DNA of 64,000 nt from Eledone cirrhosa. Lineage: Eukaryota. The translations under genes and the position numbers were made by a program. Shown one piece after another: positions 10,497 to 26,226 of the stretch; position 1 is the stretch's first letter, and every line of letters starts with the position of its first letter. The DNA is taken from NCBI GenBank assembly GCA_964016885.1, contig OZ024741.1, positions 269,514,001 through 269,578,000 on the forward strand, given 5' to 3'. The notes under the pieces are model-generated. The model had not been told where the DNA came from. It did no database searches and saw only the letters and a program-made list of their open reading frames with translations.

Positions 10497-12520
10497 AAAG
10501 ACGATATTCTCAATGGACGCGCTTACAATATTTGAATATAACTGAACCAATAGACTCACAGACACTGAACTAACTGCGATCAAGCAGGCTGTGGAGTATG
10601 ACATAAATATAAATGATGAAAGAACTGAAGAATCTCCTGGAGATAGTAACCAGTCACAAGTCTTTACTGAAAGACCTCCATCTGACCAAATCACAAATAG
10701 GTTTGTAGAAATGAGAAGCCCTATTGAACCCGCTGAAAATAGCCAGGAGAGGGACTTAGAAACAGTAATTGAAAACCGAACATCTGCTGAAGAACACAGA
10801 CAGACTATGAAGGAATTAAAGTAAAAAATACTGAATGAGCTTGCAGTAGTAAGACATTCTAGTATAAATGATAGAGAACCACTTCAAACACTCCCAAATA
10901 CAATCCAAAGATAGAAAACAAATAATTGTTTCTACTTTAGGCACAATGCCAGCAATTACCCAGTGCATTACTGGTACTTTATTTTATCGAACCCGTAAGG
11001 ATGAAAGGCAAAGTCAACCTCGGCGGGATTTGAACTCAGATCGTAAAGGGACGTAACTATGGTGGTAAGCATGGCGTCCGACCCTCTACCGATACTGCCA
11101 ATCTATCGCCCTTGAAATAAAAAACAAATAATTGTTTTACTTTAGGCACAATGCCAGCAATTACCCAGTGCATTACTGGTACTTTATTTTATCGACCCCG
11201 TAAGGATAAAAGGCAAAGTCAGCCTCGGTGAGATTTGAACTCAGATTGTAAAGGGACGTAACTATGGTGGAAAGCATGGCGTCCGACCCTCTACCGATAC
11301 TGCCAATCCACCGCCCTTGAAATAAAAAACAAATAATGATTGGTAATTCTGTGACAAAAGAAATCATAGAAGAACTAGAACTTGATCTTACTGAGTTAAA
11401 TGCAATCATTTATGCATCTGCTAGAGTAATTGAAAGAAGTTGTTTACCACCAAAAAAACAAAAAAGTCGAACCTTCGAGGTAAACCAATTTGGAGGAGTA
11501 GAATCGAAAAGGAGATTGACGTAATGAGAGGAGAAATATCTTTATTGAGTGAGTTAACCGCTGGAAATGATATAAGATCCAAGAAGGTAAGAAAGCTAAA
11601 GAGAAAATATGGACTGTCTTCTAGAGAAGCAATAGTTTCAACAAAAGAATCTCTGAAACCAAAAAGTCCAAGTAAAAGCCCAACAAATTCGTAGATTCGA
11701 AAAGCGAAACAACTTCTACAGGCAAAATAAGTTGTTCTCATCCAATGCCAAGTTATTTTATAGAGAAGTAGTGAAGAAAAAAATAATTATTGAAGACCCC
11801 CCCCCCCCCCCCTCATAGAAGAAGTTGAAAACTTCTGGAGTAAGATTTGGAGGGATGAGAAGACATATAATGCTAATGTAGATTGGATTAGTCGCCTGGA
11901 AAAATCCTACACAAATTTAGAAGAACAGGCGTGGGAAGACATCTCTATAGCGGACTTAAGGACAGCACTCAATAAATCTCATAAATGGAAATCTCCTGGT
12001 AGAGACAGGGTGCCAAATTTCTGGCTTTCCTCACTCCCGTGCACTCACAATATATTGGTCAAGCTGTTTAATGGAATTGTGAAAGATCCAAAAAATACAC
12101 TTGATTGGATAGCAAGTGGCATTTCCTACCTTCTACCAAAGAACAACGAAACCAAAGATCAAAAAAACTATCGGCCCATAACCTGCTTGTCCACCACTTA
12201 TAAACTATTAACCTCTATTCTCATGGAAAAAGCATACGTGTTTTTGGAGAATAATCTTTTCCCCATTGAACAAAAATGGTGCCGGCGAGGTTCATATGGT
12301 TGCAAAGATCAACTTTTGATTCATCGTATGATCCTTGAGAACTGTCATAATAAACACAGAAATCTCAGTTCTGCATGGATCGATTATAAAAAAGCCTTTG
12401 ACAGCATACCACACTCATGGAATCTGAAATCATTGGACATCTTCAAAATCTCACCTGTGATCTCAAACTTCCTGAAACACACTATGCCATTATGGAACAC
12501 AAATCTCCAATTGTCTCATA
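10497..12520 (+). mobile_element. 5'/central fragment of R4/Dong-like non-LTR retrotransposon (RT domains 0-3), pseudogenised and interrupted by a SINE dimer
   Basis: WKSPGRDRVPNFWL, NYRPITCLSTTYKLLT, EQKWCRRGSYGCKDQLLI, AWIDYKKAFDSIPHSW. Confidence 0.8.
10921..11335 (-). mobile_element. Head-to-tail dimer of tRNA-derived SINE
   Basis: Two ~190-nt copies, each with A-box-like TGGCAGTATCGG and B-box GAGTTCAAATC. The motif aaaacaaataat precedes, separates and follows the copies. Confidence 0.88.
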
Positions 12521-15500
12521 AGGCAGACCATCCAAACCTGGCGATTTACCCTTCGGGCAGTCAGACATCACTTCCCGTATTTCACCTGCTGTTATCGGAT
12601 TTTGGCCGCACTGCGCTGTGGTAGTCGAGAGCCGCAGCAGTCCGTCCACGTATGCACTGAAGTCCATACTGCGATCCGCTCCCGAACAATTGACAAAGTG
12701 TTGTTGAAAAGCCGCACACATCTGTTCGGGTTCGAGTAACATGCACCCATTTTTATCAAGTAAAGACCGAATTGTGGCTTGTTGCCACGTCGCGCCTCCA
12801 CCACCCGGGCCCATTGAACGGCTTTCGTCCCCTCGTGTCTTAGAGCACGCGCTCTAGCTCTGACAACGCAGCCTTCATGCTTTGCGTTGAAAAATTGGTC
12901 GAGTGCCAATCTCGCCGCAAGCACGTCGGTTACGATGCCTGTCCTAAACGCCTCTTATAGCTTTCTAACTAACTCTCCCTCTACTCTATTTTCCTCTATC
13001 ACTACTCGTTTGCTAAACCTTATTGATTCTACTCTAATAGCCCATTTCAGGGTAAACCACCACCTGTTGTTGACGATCGCATCCGTCAACGCACGCTTAA
13101 CTAATTCGCTAATCCCGTCTCTGTAAGCTTTGCACGCCGAGAACGAAGCGTTCAGATTCCAGTAGCCGGGCCCTTGCCTATGGAATCTATCTAAGTCAAC
13201 TTCACAGATCACAAATTTGTGGTCCAAGTAGTCGACTACTTTAAATTGTGGACAACCTACACTAGCCTTATCTGTTTCCCTACAGAATACCCTATCTAAA
13301 TACGATCTGGATGACCCGATGCGGTTTGCCCATGTCCTCATTGGCACATTCGGATAATCCAGTCTGTACCTGTCAGACAGTTCAAAACGTCTGAGCAGGT
13401 TGTTGAGGCTTTTACACCCTCCTGCCCTGTCTACTAGCCCCACATAATCCCAGCGTGCATCTAAGATACCGTTCCAGAGCGGTACGTTCCAAGAAAGCTC
13501 TCTAGACGTCTGAAGAAATCTGGCCGTCCTGCCCCTGTTGGGGCGTAGACGGCTACTAGCCTGAAAGCATTGCCTTCGCTGCTGGTCACGTCCAGCACAA
13601 GCGACTTACCTTCTGGGTCCAGGAAGATGGCTCGTATCGCGAGATCCAAGCCTCTCCGAAAAAGAACGGCAACAGCTCCCCCTGATCCTGGACGGCTGGG
13701 ATATGCGTAAACATAGTAGCCGCCGAAGATCGGTGCGGAAGGCTCGTGCTTCGGAGATTCTGGTCTCGTTGATGGCCACCACATCTATGTTTAGTGACCT
13801 GAGGTCGTTGAGCAGGTGACCCTGCTTCCAAGATGACCCCAAGCCACGTACATTTATACTGTCTATTCTAAGTACGGCCATGTTGGATGAGAAACAGGGT
13901 AAGTGAGAAAGGATCACTTACCTTGATCGTGTGGTGAATGGACGGTAGAACCGTCCCTTTTGCTGGTCATAGGTGTTTTCAAGAGGATGTCGGTGTATAT
14001 CCTCTTGGCAACCGACCCTCTGAAGTCTCCAACTGCGTCGGGGAATTTTTGTTTTAAAAGTTTGTAATGTTCTATTTTGATTTCAATGATGTTTATGTTT
14101 TTCGGGAGAGTTCTTGGTGTTGGTGGGGTGTAGTAGTTTTTTTCTGTGATGTCTGTGTGCTGCTTTATATGTTGTAAGAGTTCTTTATTTGCCATGTTTA
14201 TGGCTGTGTACTTTTTGGTGGGAGGGGTGATTTTGTTGCTGTTTTCTTGTTGTTGCTGTTGGGTGTGTGTGTTTTGTTGTGTTTGCGATGTTGGTGTTTT
14301 TGGTGATGGTGGTGGTGGTGTGGTTGTTGTTGGTGGTGATGCTTGTGGTGGTGATGGTGGTGGTGTTGCTGCAAGTCTCCTTGCAGCCTTTACCCCTCTT
14401 TGTTTGCCTTCGCTTTTGGAGGGTGAAGCTAAGGGGTTTTTCCTTTTTTGTTTTTTGAGGCAGACCGCTTTCCACTTCCCTCCCGCCTCATACTCCATGT
14501 CGGATTCCGTGGCATTTGGGAGGGGTATGAGCTCCATTATTGTTTGTGGTGGTAGTGGAGCCCGCTCCGGCGATTTTGCCGCCGGTGTAGCTACTGCGAC
14601 TGTTGGTGTTGCCGCCACTTTAGTTTTCCGTGGCCTTGGTATGGGTGCCACGGACCTTGCCCGCCTACTTTACCATGGAAGTGTCTTCTGCCTCTGTTGC
14701 CTGCCCTGCTCTTGGTAACAGCGGATCAGGCGTCGGAAGGAGGGGGTCCTCTTCTTGGCTGTCTTCTGCGGGCAGAAAGGCCTGAGGTGATTCTTCTGCC
14801 CACAGAGATATCACTTTGGGCGCCTTTCTTCCACGCTTATAGGGAGTTGGAGCCCTTCTTCGAGGTTTATGATGTCTGGGATGGCCTCGATGCACTCCTG
14901 GTCAGTCTGTATTAGCATTTGCATGCCTATTCCTGACCAGTTCTCTCTTCCCATTCTCTGTATTTGCAGTATGGTGGTCTTCTCCTCGATTCCAGCCAGT
15001 ACAGACGCGGCCAGCCAAGGTATGGGCACGTCGGGCGGGACCTGGGTCACTTTGACCCTCACAATTTTCTGCCTGCAATAGGAAGGCACCAAGACTATCT
15101 CCTCACTCTTTAGGGTTTCCAAAGAGTGAGACTTCGCCTCTTGGAAGTGGAGAAAAGTCAGTCTACTGTGGCGTACTTTTTGCCTCGGGGGATGTGGGTT
15201 TTGCGCGCCCAGACGCACCCCAAGGCCTTTTGGATTTGAACCTCCGTGGCTCTCTCCACCCGATGTGACATTTTGCTTACGGTGCGGTAGGTCACCGTGC
15301 GCAGCTGCTGGTCTTTGAAGAAATCGGCTGGAGGTTTCAGGGAAACTCTATTGTCGTTTCTTGACACCATGGCTCTTGCGACTAGCACTGTCTCTATATT
15401 TCAGGCCACACCTGCGAAAGAAGTGGCTCCTTTTTCAGCGGCACCATTATTGCTGCCGCTACTGCTGCTACTGGTCTTGTTGTTGGTGCTGTTGATGTTG

Positions 15501-16089
15501 CTACTGCTACAAATGTTGTTGTTGTTGCTGTTGTCACTGTTGTAGTTGGTTGTGTTTATGGTGCCACCGTTGTTGTTGTTTTGGTGCAATTTGTATTGTT
15601 GCTGTTGGTGTCGTTGTTTATTTTCTTGTTAGTGGTGTTAATATCGTTGTTGCATTTGTTGTCATTTTTTTCCGTTGTCTGTATTTTGGTTGTCGCTGTT
15701 ATTGTTGTAGTTGGTGTGGTAATTTTTTAAAAATTAGTGTTCTCAGTGTTGTTGTCTTTGTTCACGTTATTTGTGGTGGTGTTTGTTGTATGAATTTCAC
15801 TGACCCTCCTCTCAACTTTTACGCCGTTGTCACACGACAGCAAACATATTATGGGGGGCATGGCTCAGCCATGTTGTTTTTCGTCTTTTTTTTAATTTTC
15901 AAAAGTAAAATGTTCAAATATTGTTCAAATATTTGGGCCAAAAGCCCCAAATATTATACTTTCCCCTTCACAGGGCAAATTCCAAGGGCTTATATCCCTT
16001 ACACAACAAGAACAATTTAACAACAAATAATTATAACAGGCAAATAAAGCGACTTACTGGGAAGCGAGCAAAAGACGTCCGATTAGACC
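12515..16089 (-). mobile_element. 3'-truncated, decayed Tx1/L1-clade LINE (5' UTR, ORF1 from 15872, ORF2 APE from 13881), relative of 58130-63830
   Basis: INVRGL..INETR, LVAVYAP, SRSYLDRVF, DHK, GPGYWNLN, KSPGLDGLPYE match the intact ORF2. Multiple frameshifts. Confidence 0.88.
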
Positions 16090-16125
<36 letters not shown>

Positions 16126-16131
<6 letters not shown>

Positions 16132-16319
16132 TGTTTCTACTTTTGGCACAAGGCCAACAATTACCCAGTGCATTACTGGTACTTTATTTTATCGACCCCG
16201 TAAGGATGAAAGGCAAAGTTAACCTCGGCGGGATTTGAAGTCAGAATGGCAAGAGCCGTAACTCTATGCGTCAAAGTATGGCGTCCGACCCTCTACCGAT
16301 ACTGCCAATCCACCGCCCC
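16126..16319 (-). mobile_element. tRNA-derived SINE with (AAT)n at its 3' side
   Basis: Full-length match to other copies; (AAT)n at 16090-16130. Confidence 0.88.
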
Positions 16320-16710
16320 TCTATAATAATAATGATAATAATAATGTAAAAACAAAATGGTGCACCGTTTTTTTTTACATCTGAAAAGAGGATTTAAACC
16401 CTGAGATATTATGTTGAAATATACTGGATAAAGATATTATTTGGTTTTGTTTTATTTGTCATTGTTTGCCTTATAAATATTTCTATCATATTATACTGGC
16501 TTTCTGAAATATTAATCAGTCATTATGCTGCATATTAGCTATACTACCATATATATATAATAAGAAGTTGACGGGACTAGCATAAGGTTTCCCATCTAGT
16601 AACGGTTGCATCTCAGTGTACTCACTAGGTAAGGTTATGTAAGAATCCAAGATTAGACACAAATTTATTTGCCTCAATACAACACACGTAAATAGTTACC
16701 ATAAATATAT

Positions 16711-16822
16711 ACCCGTACTCATGTTTCGGCCACACTTAATGCAGCAAGAGAACGCACAGCATTACCGTCTCCATTTATTATGCAACAATGCACAATTGGT
16801 GCATGTGGCTTCATCAGCGGGT
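16711..16822 (-). ncRNA. Hammerhead ribozyme with ~83-nt stem II insertion (solo pLTR remnant between (TA)n tracts)
   Basis: acccg-CTGATGA-agccaca...tgtggcc-GAAA-catgag-TA-cgggt. Canonical core, 5-bp stem I, 6-bp stem II base. Confidence 0.8.
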
Positions 16823-17042
16823 CTCACCTAATCAATAACCACTCGGTCGACAGAATTCGATTCCAGTTCGTGCCGTCCATGCGAGGTGACACAGTAATAC
16901 ATTAGTAACTGAAATCCCTACGCGTCATCAAAACACCGTCCACCAATTAACCACTAGTTAAGAAATTTACGTGATGGTTAGGAGTCGAGATTCTATTCTT
17001 CGGCCCCTCTATTAGAACTCATATACATACATAATAGACATA

Positions 17043-17120
<78 letters not shown>

Positions 17121-17215
17121 ACATACATGCCAGGTATGGATCCATTGTAGTATTAAGTCCAGTTACTACAATGTATCCATACCTGGAATGTATGTATATA
17201 TATATATATATATAT

Positions 17216-19117
<1,902 letters not shown>

Positions 19118-19334
19118 GATACATATAGATGTAAATATATACTCTCACTCCAGCCAACGTCTACCACATTATCATGGAATTACATAACTACATAACTACC
19201 ATTGATTACTCTGAACTTGGGTATTGTTTGCTCTCTGAAACGATCGTAAAACAATGGATTGATCAATTACCTCACTTAGCTTTTCTTATTCTTTCATTTT
19301 AGAATATTATACTTACATAATACACACACACACA

Positions 19335-19383
<49 letters not shown>

Positions 19384-19476
19384 CCAAAATTAAATTAAGG
19401 GTGTCATGTCAGAGAGACATGCGCCATATCCACCGTAGAATATGCTCCAAGATTCCAATGAATTGTTTCATATGTT

Positions 19477-19547
<71 letters not shown>

Positions 19548-20139
19548 TAATTCAGCGAGAATCGTATTTCGGCCGGTAGAAAAAAGCGAAACGAAACGCA
19601 AAATCGTAGAAATGCTGGCAAGCGCTCCAATAGTTAAGAAAACTAGAGCTAAACAATAAGTTAAAACGCCATACAAACTGAAAAAGTGGTTAAGAAGGCA
19701 TTAACCACCTAAGCCAAAAAACAAATCAAGTTAAACAGGTCAAACAAAATAAATGATAAAAACCGACCTGGACCCAAATGGAATTGGTGGTAAAATCCAA
19801 ATGTAGGGTTTCTACGACACCTAAATCAATAATACTGTCTGCTTAAAACTATAAGCTTTCAGCGTAAAGATCGAACAAGGAATATTACGTTATCAACAGG
19901 TAATTTTGCTCTGTATCCAATTTTGCGAGTGACACAGAAGTTAGTAAACGCACATGCGTACGTCACAAGGGGAAATTCCCCATATTTTGGCAAATGAATT
20001 CAGTATGTGTATATCATACAAAAAATTGCATAGATAGCACAAATCGAATAAGCACTCAATATATATATATATATATATATATATACTTTTTTATGTATGT
20101 ATGTTTAAAGGTAGGTAGACAGATAGGTAAGTAGACAGG

Positions 20140-20940
20140 TAGCTTTCCTGTAGTCCAGCCAGACTGTAGCCATATTCCTCCTAAGTTGTTGTCGCACCTC
20201 CGACATCGCAGTTTTATTGATTAGGAGTTGTTCAGCACATCACCAAACCCCTTTCTTTCCAGCTGCTTGTTCATCTGTGATGATGTTATTATTTTTACAG
20301 TGGTGAATTGGCAGTATCGGTAGGGGGTCGGACGCCGTGTTTTGACGCATTGAGTTACGGCCCTTGCTATTCTGAGTTCAAATCCCGCCGAGGTTAACTT
20401 TGCCTTTCATCCTTACGGCGTCGATAAAATAAAGTACCAGTAATGCACTGGATAATTGCTGGCCTTGTGCCAAAAGTAGAAACAATTGTTTTTACAGTGA
20501 TCTTGGAGGAATAGGTTCAGGCAGGCTGTATACATCTTATACATCAGGTTCTGGCATGCAATGGGTCGGTATTTTTTTTGCCAAGTGGGTGTTTTTGTTC
20601 TTGGGGACCAGTAATGTTTGTGCTAATGTCAACCATTCTGGTATAAGTGTATCTCCCTTAAGAACTTGTTGGTAGAGGTCAGTAAGATACCTCCGACAGA
20701 ATATCATTTTTTTGTACCAGTAGCCGATAATCATGTATCTTCCTGGTGTTTTCTTATCATGGAGTTTCCTATCACAGTCTCAAGGGTACCCTCACTTATT
20801 TCGTATGTTTATGTTGTAGTGTAGGAGCAATAGTTATTTCGGATTTCTCTTAGCCACACTGCATCTTGGTTGAAATTCTTCTTTTCACCCCATATTTTGC
20901 TCCAAAAGGAATCTATGTCTTTCAGTGACACTTATTATTT
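20140..20940 (-). mobile_element. Decayed R4/Dong-like RT fragment
   Basis: IIGYWYKK, PEWLTLAQTLLVPK; WLDYRKA-like segment near 20140-20170. Confidence 0.65.
20303..20488 (+). mobile_element. tRNA-derived SINE with 11-bp target site duplication
   Basis: tttttacagtg at 20292-20302 and 20489-20499. Confidence 0.88.
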
Positions 20941-21186
20941 TGTTCTTCATATCTCTATAGACTGGTATGTATTTACGTATGTATGTATGCACGTATGTAT
21001 GTATGCACGTATGTATGTATGCACGTATGTATGCACGTATGTATGTATGCACGTATGTATGTATGTATGTATGTATGTATGTATGTATGTATGTATGTAT
21101 GTATGTATGTATGTATGTATGTATGTATGTATGTATTTACGTGTGTATATATGCCCTTATGTATGTATGCACGTATGTATGTATGT

Positions 21187-21720
21187 CGGGTCACTCTCGA
21201 GTGCTACTTGTAACATGTAACCCAATACAACCTGTCAAATGGCCGGGTCGCCGGCGACTAAACCGGCAACCCCACCAAGCTTGCTTGGTGAGGAGGGTGA
21301 TATTTGGACACCATGCGGGATGAAATACAAGACCAGGCAAAGGGAGGAGGAACTCAGCAGAGTCAACGGCCATCCAAATAGTACTTTTTTTTTATTTACC
21401 TGGGAGTAAAAGGCCCCCAGTTGTTGTCACAACATCTTTCTAGGAGAGGGAAACTTTTAAAAAAACCTGCGGAATCGGAAGCATCCGATGATGTTGACCA
21501 GTTCTCCTTTTCGGGTAGTGTTTTCGATGCTCAGAGAGTGGGGCTGGTCGAATGCTAGGCATTTTCCCACTTAAAAAAAACATTTAAAGCACAGGCTTTG
21601 CTTGTTCAGGATATGTTACAGGTTCGCGTTTCTGGCCGTAGCCTAAATGTGCACAAAACTGTATAATCCTCGAAGCAATTGCAGTACTTTAGCAGAGTTT
21701 GCAGCCATCATGTATGTATG
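21187..21720 (+). mobile_element. Non-autonomous RTE-related repeat next to (TATG)n
   Basis: Shares ttctaggagagg..aaaacctgcgg..gatgatgttga..tcagagagtggg blocks with copies at 21740, 34365, 39480 and 40420; ends gcagccatcatgtatg. Confidence 0.55.
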
Positions 21721-21734
21721 TATTTATGTATGTA

Positions 21735-23305
21735 TGTTTGTCAGGGCATTCTTCTAGGAGAAGGCAACTCCGACATAAAACCTGCGGCTCAGTAGTTACC
21801 GATGATGTTGATCTTTTCTTCTTTTCGGGTTATAGCTACTGTCTCTCAGAGAGTGGGATTGGCTCAGTGCACAGTCTTTCCTCTCTTTAAAAAATCTTCA
21901 TGCACAGGCATTGCACGATAGCATTAATTGATAATTATTAATAACTAGCTGGCCCGTTCGGCTGGCGACCGGCTAGGTACACAGGCATTTTATCTTTTTA
22001 GGAATCCCCCCTCCACTCCAGTGTAAAGATACCGGACGCCCTCGCAAGTCTGCGAGGTTGGGGGGGAGGGGGGTTAACGTGCTCTGATGTTGAGTTTGAA
22101 TAGTTTTTAGGATTCCTCAGTTCAGCAGCCAATACGTTAAAGAAAATTGATAGTTATAACAATAAAGGCTGAACAGAGAACAAATTGTTTAACAAACAAT
22201 AATTTGTACAACCATAATGGAAATTCCAAGTAACAGAAAATATTTAAATTACATTGTTAGAGCCTCAGAGTATACAATATTTTTTGTTCGGCCCTCCGGA
22301 GCTAATATGAAGAGATTGTTTGGCGAGCTCACCCTAGAGCATCCTACATACAATTGACCATGGGGGAAGCACTGATATCGTAGCACGTCTCGCAGAGAAG
22401 CTCTGTAGACGTTGACCTCTGGACACTCCTGTCAGGAGCAGGTAAGCTGTAGTAACTTAGAGGCCTACCACCAATTTCCAGGACACTGTTTTCAAGACAA
22501 ATGAGCGCTTCATTGAAAACGACATCGTATGTTACGTTCGGATTGTGTCTGCGTGTGCGGTGGAGATGTCCTCAGCTAGACTTTCGCGGGTGAGGTGCCA
22601 ATGGCTGACATCGTGTAACATACCACACATCTGGCAAGCCAAACGGTAAGTGGACCATTGATAGCCATTGATGGTTCTCAGATATTGGAAAGACTGTTGT
22701 CCTCTAACCTCGAACAGTAACAATGACGATAAGCCGTCTGTGCTTTCGTGAAATAAACAGGTTTTTGTTTTTGTGTATGCAAAAATATCTGTACACGTAT
22801 ATATATATTAAAATAACAGATTAAAGTTTAAGCAAAGGCTTTCACCCTTAACGGAATCTTCTGAAACTAAAAAAAATCAATCTGTGAACGCAGAAGTAAA
22901 TATTTCGAAAAACGTTATCTAATCAGACAGCCAGACATACAGAGACATATTATAAGGGTTATAGCTATGTATCTATCTAAAAAGACAGACTAAGAAAACG
23001 AGTGGAATGTTGTGCGACGTCTTAAGAAAAAGTAAGGCATGTCGTATAATCGGAAGTGTTGACATTTGAAATTTTAAAGAAGTGAATATTTAAATAATGT
23101 CTTTAATCTTTTAACAAAATTCAGTAGACAAAAATACCCTCACTTTTTTACTTGGAAAAGTTACATCTATGGTGCAAGTTTGGTGCTGTTTGGTCCAGCC
23201 GTTTGGCGAAAAGTTTGTTACATACATACGGCCGTCAGCTTTATATTATAGATGTTATATCGTGCAATGGCCATCCTCGATAACGAGGGGACAGCCATCA
23301 TCATG
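21735..23305 (+). mobile_element. RTE-tailed SINE-like repeat split by a Helitron insertion
   Basis: 21735-21944 joined to 23253-23305 reconstitutes the uninterrupted copy at 40335-40595 (minus), including the 3' stem-loop cctcg-ataa-cgagg. Confidence 0.75.
21945..23252 (-). mobile_element. Non-autonomous Helitron deletion derivative
   Basis: 5'-TC...CTAG-3' inserted between A and T with no TSD; the empty site is visible in the 40335 copy. RepHel remnants LLFEVRGQQSFQYLRT..YRLAC and CFPHGQLYVGCSRV..TKNIVY. Confidence 0.9.
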
Positions 23306-23599
23306 TATGTATGCACGTATGTATGTAGATATGTATGTAGGTAGGTAGGTCGGTAGATCGGTATGTACGTATGTATGGTTTTATAATTTCACAAATTTTT
23401 GCCAATAGAGAGAGAGTCGGTTTCTAACATAGACACAAGACTCTCTCATTGGAATTTACACAACATCAACTAGGTAGATATGTATGCATGTCTGCATGCA
23501 TGTGTAGATATGGATGTTATTGTATGTGTGGATGTGGATGTTTTGAGTTGTATGTGTGCATGTGTATATGCTTTGCATCTGTACATGTGTATATGCAGT

Positions 23600-24800
23600 T
23601 ATTAAATGCAAAATTTTTGGAATGTTTTACGTATTTTTACTGTTCCATTAATGGATTGTACTTGTAATTTCCTAACTAGTTGTGTTCTTTCTGTTCCTGT
23701 AAAGCCTAGCTTCTCAAGATTTGTATTGAGGCAGTTACTAACATATCCCAGTGCCCCAATAATCACAGGTATAAATCTGAAGGTGTAATCAGGGTGGAGT
23801 ATCTGCAGATTTCTCATCAGTTCTGCATAAATATTCTCCTTTTCACTAATCTTTGATATTATATTAGTATCTGGACAGCTAATTTCCACTACTGTGCATG
23901 TTTTCTTCTCCTTGTCCCATATCATAATATCTGGTCTGTTATGCCTGCATTTTATTGGGGTTTTTACTTGAACATTCCACCAGTACTCTTTAATATTATG
24001 TACATGGATGTCTTCCACATTGTTGTAGCTTTTAATGTGTTTATTATCGGGGCTATCTTTTTTACGAACTGCATTGTACAGTGTTTTGGCCACTACATCA
24101 TGCCTCATAGGTAGATAGTACCGCCATGACATCTTTGGACAGCTGCTGATGACATGGGTGATATCCTCGATGTTAGTTCTGCAGAGTCTGAATTTGTTAT
24201 CACATCTAGGTGTTTGCTTGCATCCCTATCTCTTTTGTGAATCAGGTATTTCGTGCTAATCTCCTGTTTCTGGATTGCAAAAGCGTATCCTTCAAAGTGG
24301 GAGCCAATATAGCGGTTGTTGGTCCAAGATAGACTACTTTCCTTATCTATATTACTCTCTCTCTGGAGCTTCATAGCAACATATCCATGCATGATTTTTT
24401 GCTGATAGGCATGGAGTTTTTCATCCATGGATTCTCTGCGATACTGCTGAGCGACATCCCTGGGTGTGAGTTTTTGAGTATCACACAGGGAATATCTCTC
24501 AAGGAATTCCTTCCCAACTCTCATGATCGTATCTGTTTCATGCAGATAAACTTGCTCGAGAAACGGGCCCCTACGCTTCGAGGTTCGTACATGTTGTCGG
24601 AGAGATATGATGCGACATTCAAATGTCTGGATTGACGTTAGGCCTCTGCCTCCCTGCTTACGTTTCATAATGACAACAGTACTTCCCTTGTCCGCTTCCT
24701 TAATTATAATGTCCGTATTATTTTTTATTTCATGGATAATCTCCCATTCCCTTCAACTCGTGTTGGGTTTTGGTTTAGGTTGCGGTAGTTCATGGTATGG
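23600..24800 (-). mobile_element. R4/Dong-like 3' fragment (post-RT, CCHC remnant, RLE)
   Basis: RKQGGRGL, FAIQKQEISTK, RHDVVAK, NRPDIMIWD, VVEISCP, PVIIGALG; frameshifted. Confidence 0.8.
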
Positions 24801-25006
24801 GAAAGTAGCTATGTGGTCACAAACTTTCCTACACACACACAAAATATATATATTCTCTCTATCTTAACATACCCCCCCCCCCCACACACACACACATAAC
24901 ACCCATATATACACACACACACAACTCCCTCCCCCATTAACATACATATCTTTACTTTCTTTATTTCAATAGAAAATCTGAATTCTGACACCCCAGCGAA
25001 CCAACC

Positions 25007-25547
25007 ATATTCACTGAGCCAGAACAATTCTCCCATCCCATTTCTCTTGACCATTATCTTTTGTTTGTCATAAAATTCTCTAAAAGGCTACAAAATAAAT
25101 TCCAAAATACGGGCGCGAAATTTAATGAACTTGTTCACGTGACAGTCATAATTTCATTTATAACCAATCAAATTATATTTATTGAAAAAAAAAGCCTTCG
25201 TGAGCCACTTTTTTTAAAGTAAAAAGAAATTCAAACAAACTTACGCGAAAGTTGATATACTTATTCACGTGACTACATCAACCAACCAAACTTCACTCAT
25301 ATATGAAAAAACAACCTGCTATATTCAGTGAACCAGAACAATTCTCCCATCCCATTTCTCTTGACCATTATCTTTTGTTTGTCAAAATTCTCTAAAAGGC
25401 TACAAAATAAATTCCCAAATACGGGCGCGAAATTTAATGAACTTGTTCACGTGACAGCATTAATTTCATTTATAAACAATCAAATTACATTTATTAAAAA
25501 AAAGCCTTCGTGAGCCCCTTTTTTTTAAGTAAAAAGAAATTCAAACA
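25007..25547. repeat. Direct duplication of ~230 bp (period ~314 bp) in an unclassified repeat
   Basis: atattca.tga.ccagaacaattctcccatccc...aaaagaaattcaaaca at 25007-25240 and 25321-25547. Confidence 0.85.
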
Positions 25548-25998
25548 CTCATATATGAAAAAAACAACATGAGCCCCCCCCCCCCCTTGTTTGAAGAACG
25601 TTGTAACGCGAACTGGCGCGAAATTTATTATACTTATTGACCAACCAATCAAATTACTTCTCTAAAAACCTGGCGTTTCGAGCCACTTTTTTCCATATAA
25701 AACAAGTAACATTCAAAGACCAACCAGATGTGAGAAAAACCACAGACCCACCATCTCAACTCTACTTTTGAAAAGCAGAAGAACTGCGAAACCGGTAAAG
25801 GAACCAAATAAATATATATATATTTTTTAAATAAGTCTCCAGTTGCATTTTCAATTTCATCTTTTTTTCTTTATACTTTCACTCATGTAGGACACCGGTT
25901 ATTTTTCATTTTGTAAAAAAAACCTCACTTTCTAATATATATATATATATTAATTCAAAATATTAACAAATATAGACATTCGTGTGATCAAGTATATT

Positions 25999-26057
25999 TT
26001 ATTATACATATTTCAGAGGTACTGAGCTATCTTCAACAGTACGTCCTCATCAGATAA
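25999..26057 (-). ncRNA. Hammerhead ribozyme (left arm)
   Basis: ttat-CTGATGA-ggacgtactg...cagtacctct-GAAA-tatgta-TA-ataa. Confidence 0.75.
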
Positions 26058-26167
26058 AATAAGATGATGCTTGACATACCTTGACTAAGTAGATGGTTAA
26101 AATTCAGTCATGGCAGTCTGAATTTTAACCATCTACTTAGTCAAGGTATGTCAAGCATCATCTTATT

Positions 26168-26226
26168 TTATCTGATGAGGACGCACTGTTGAAGATAGCT
26201 CAGTACCCCTGAAATATGTATAATAA
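26168..26226 (+). ncRNA. Hammerhead ribozyme (right arm)
   Basis: ttat-CTGATGA-ggacgcactg...cagtacccct-GAAA-tatgta-TA-ataa. Confidence 0.72.

Noticed and set aside
12510-12545. Apparent fusion ORF between the R4-like RT and the Tx1 element (12010-12624)
   Set aside because: The elements are on opposite strands; this is a deletion junction and the read-through is antisense.
16377-16414. Possible minimal HHR (CTGAAAA...GAGA)
   Set aside because: Two core mismatches; cannot be told from chance in AT-rich DNA.
19847-19905. Possible HHR on minus strand (CTGTTGA...GAAAGCTT)
   Set aside because: Core mismatch and imperfect stem I; may be a decayed copy but is unsupported.
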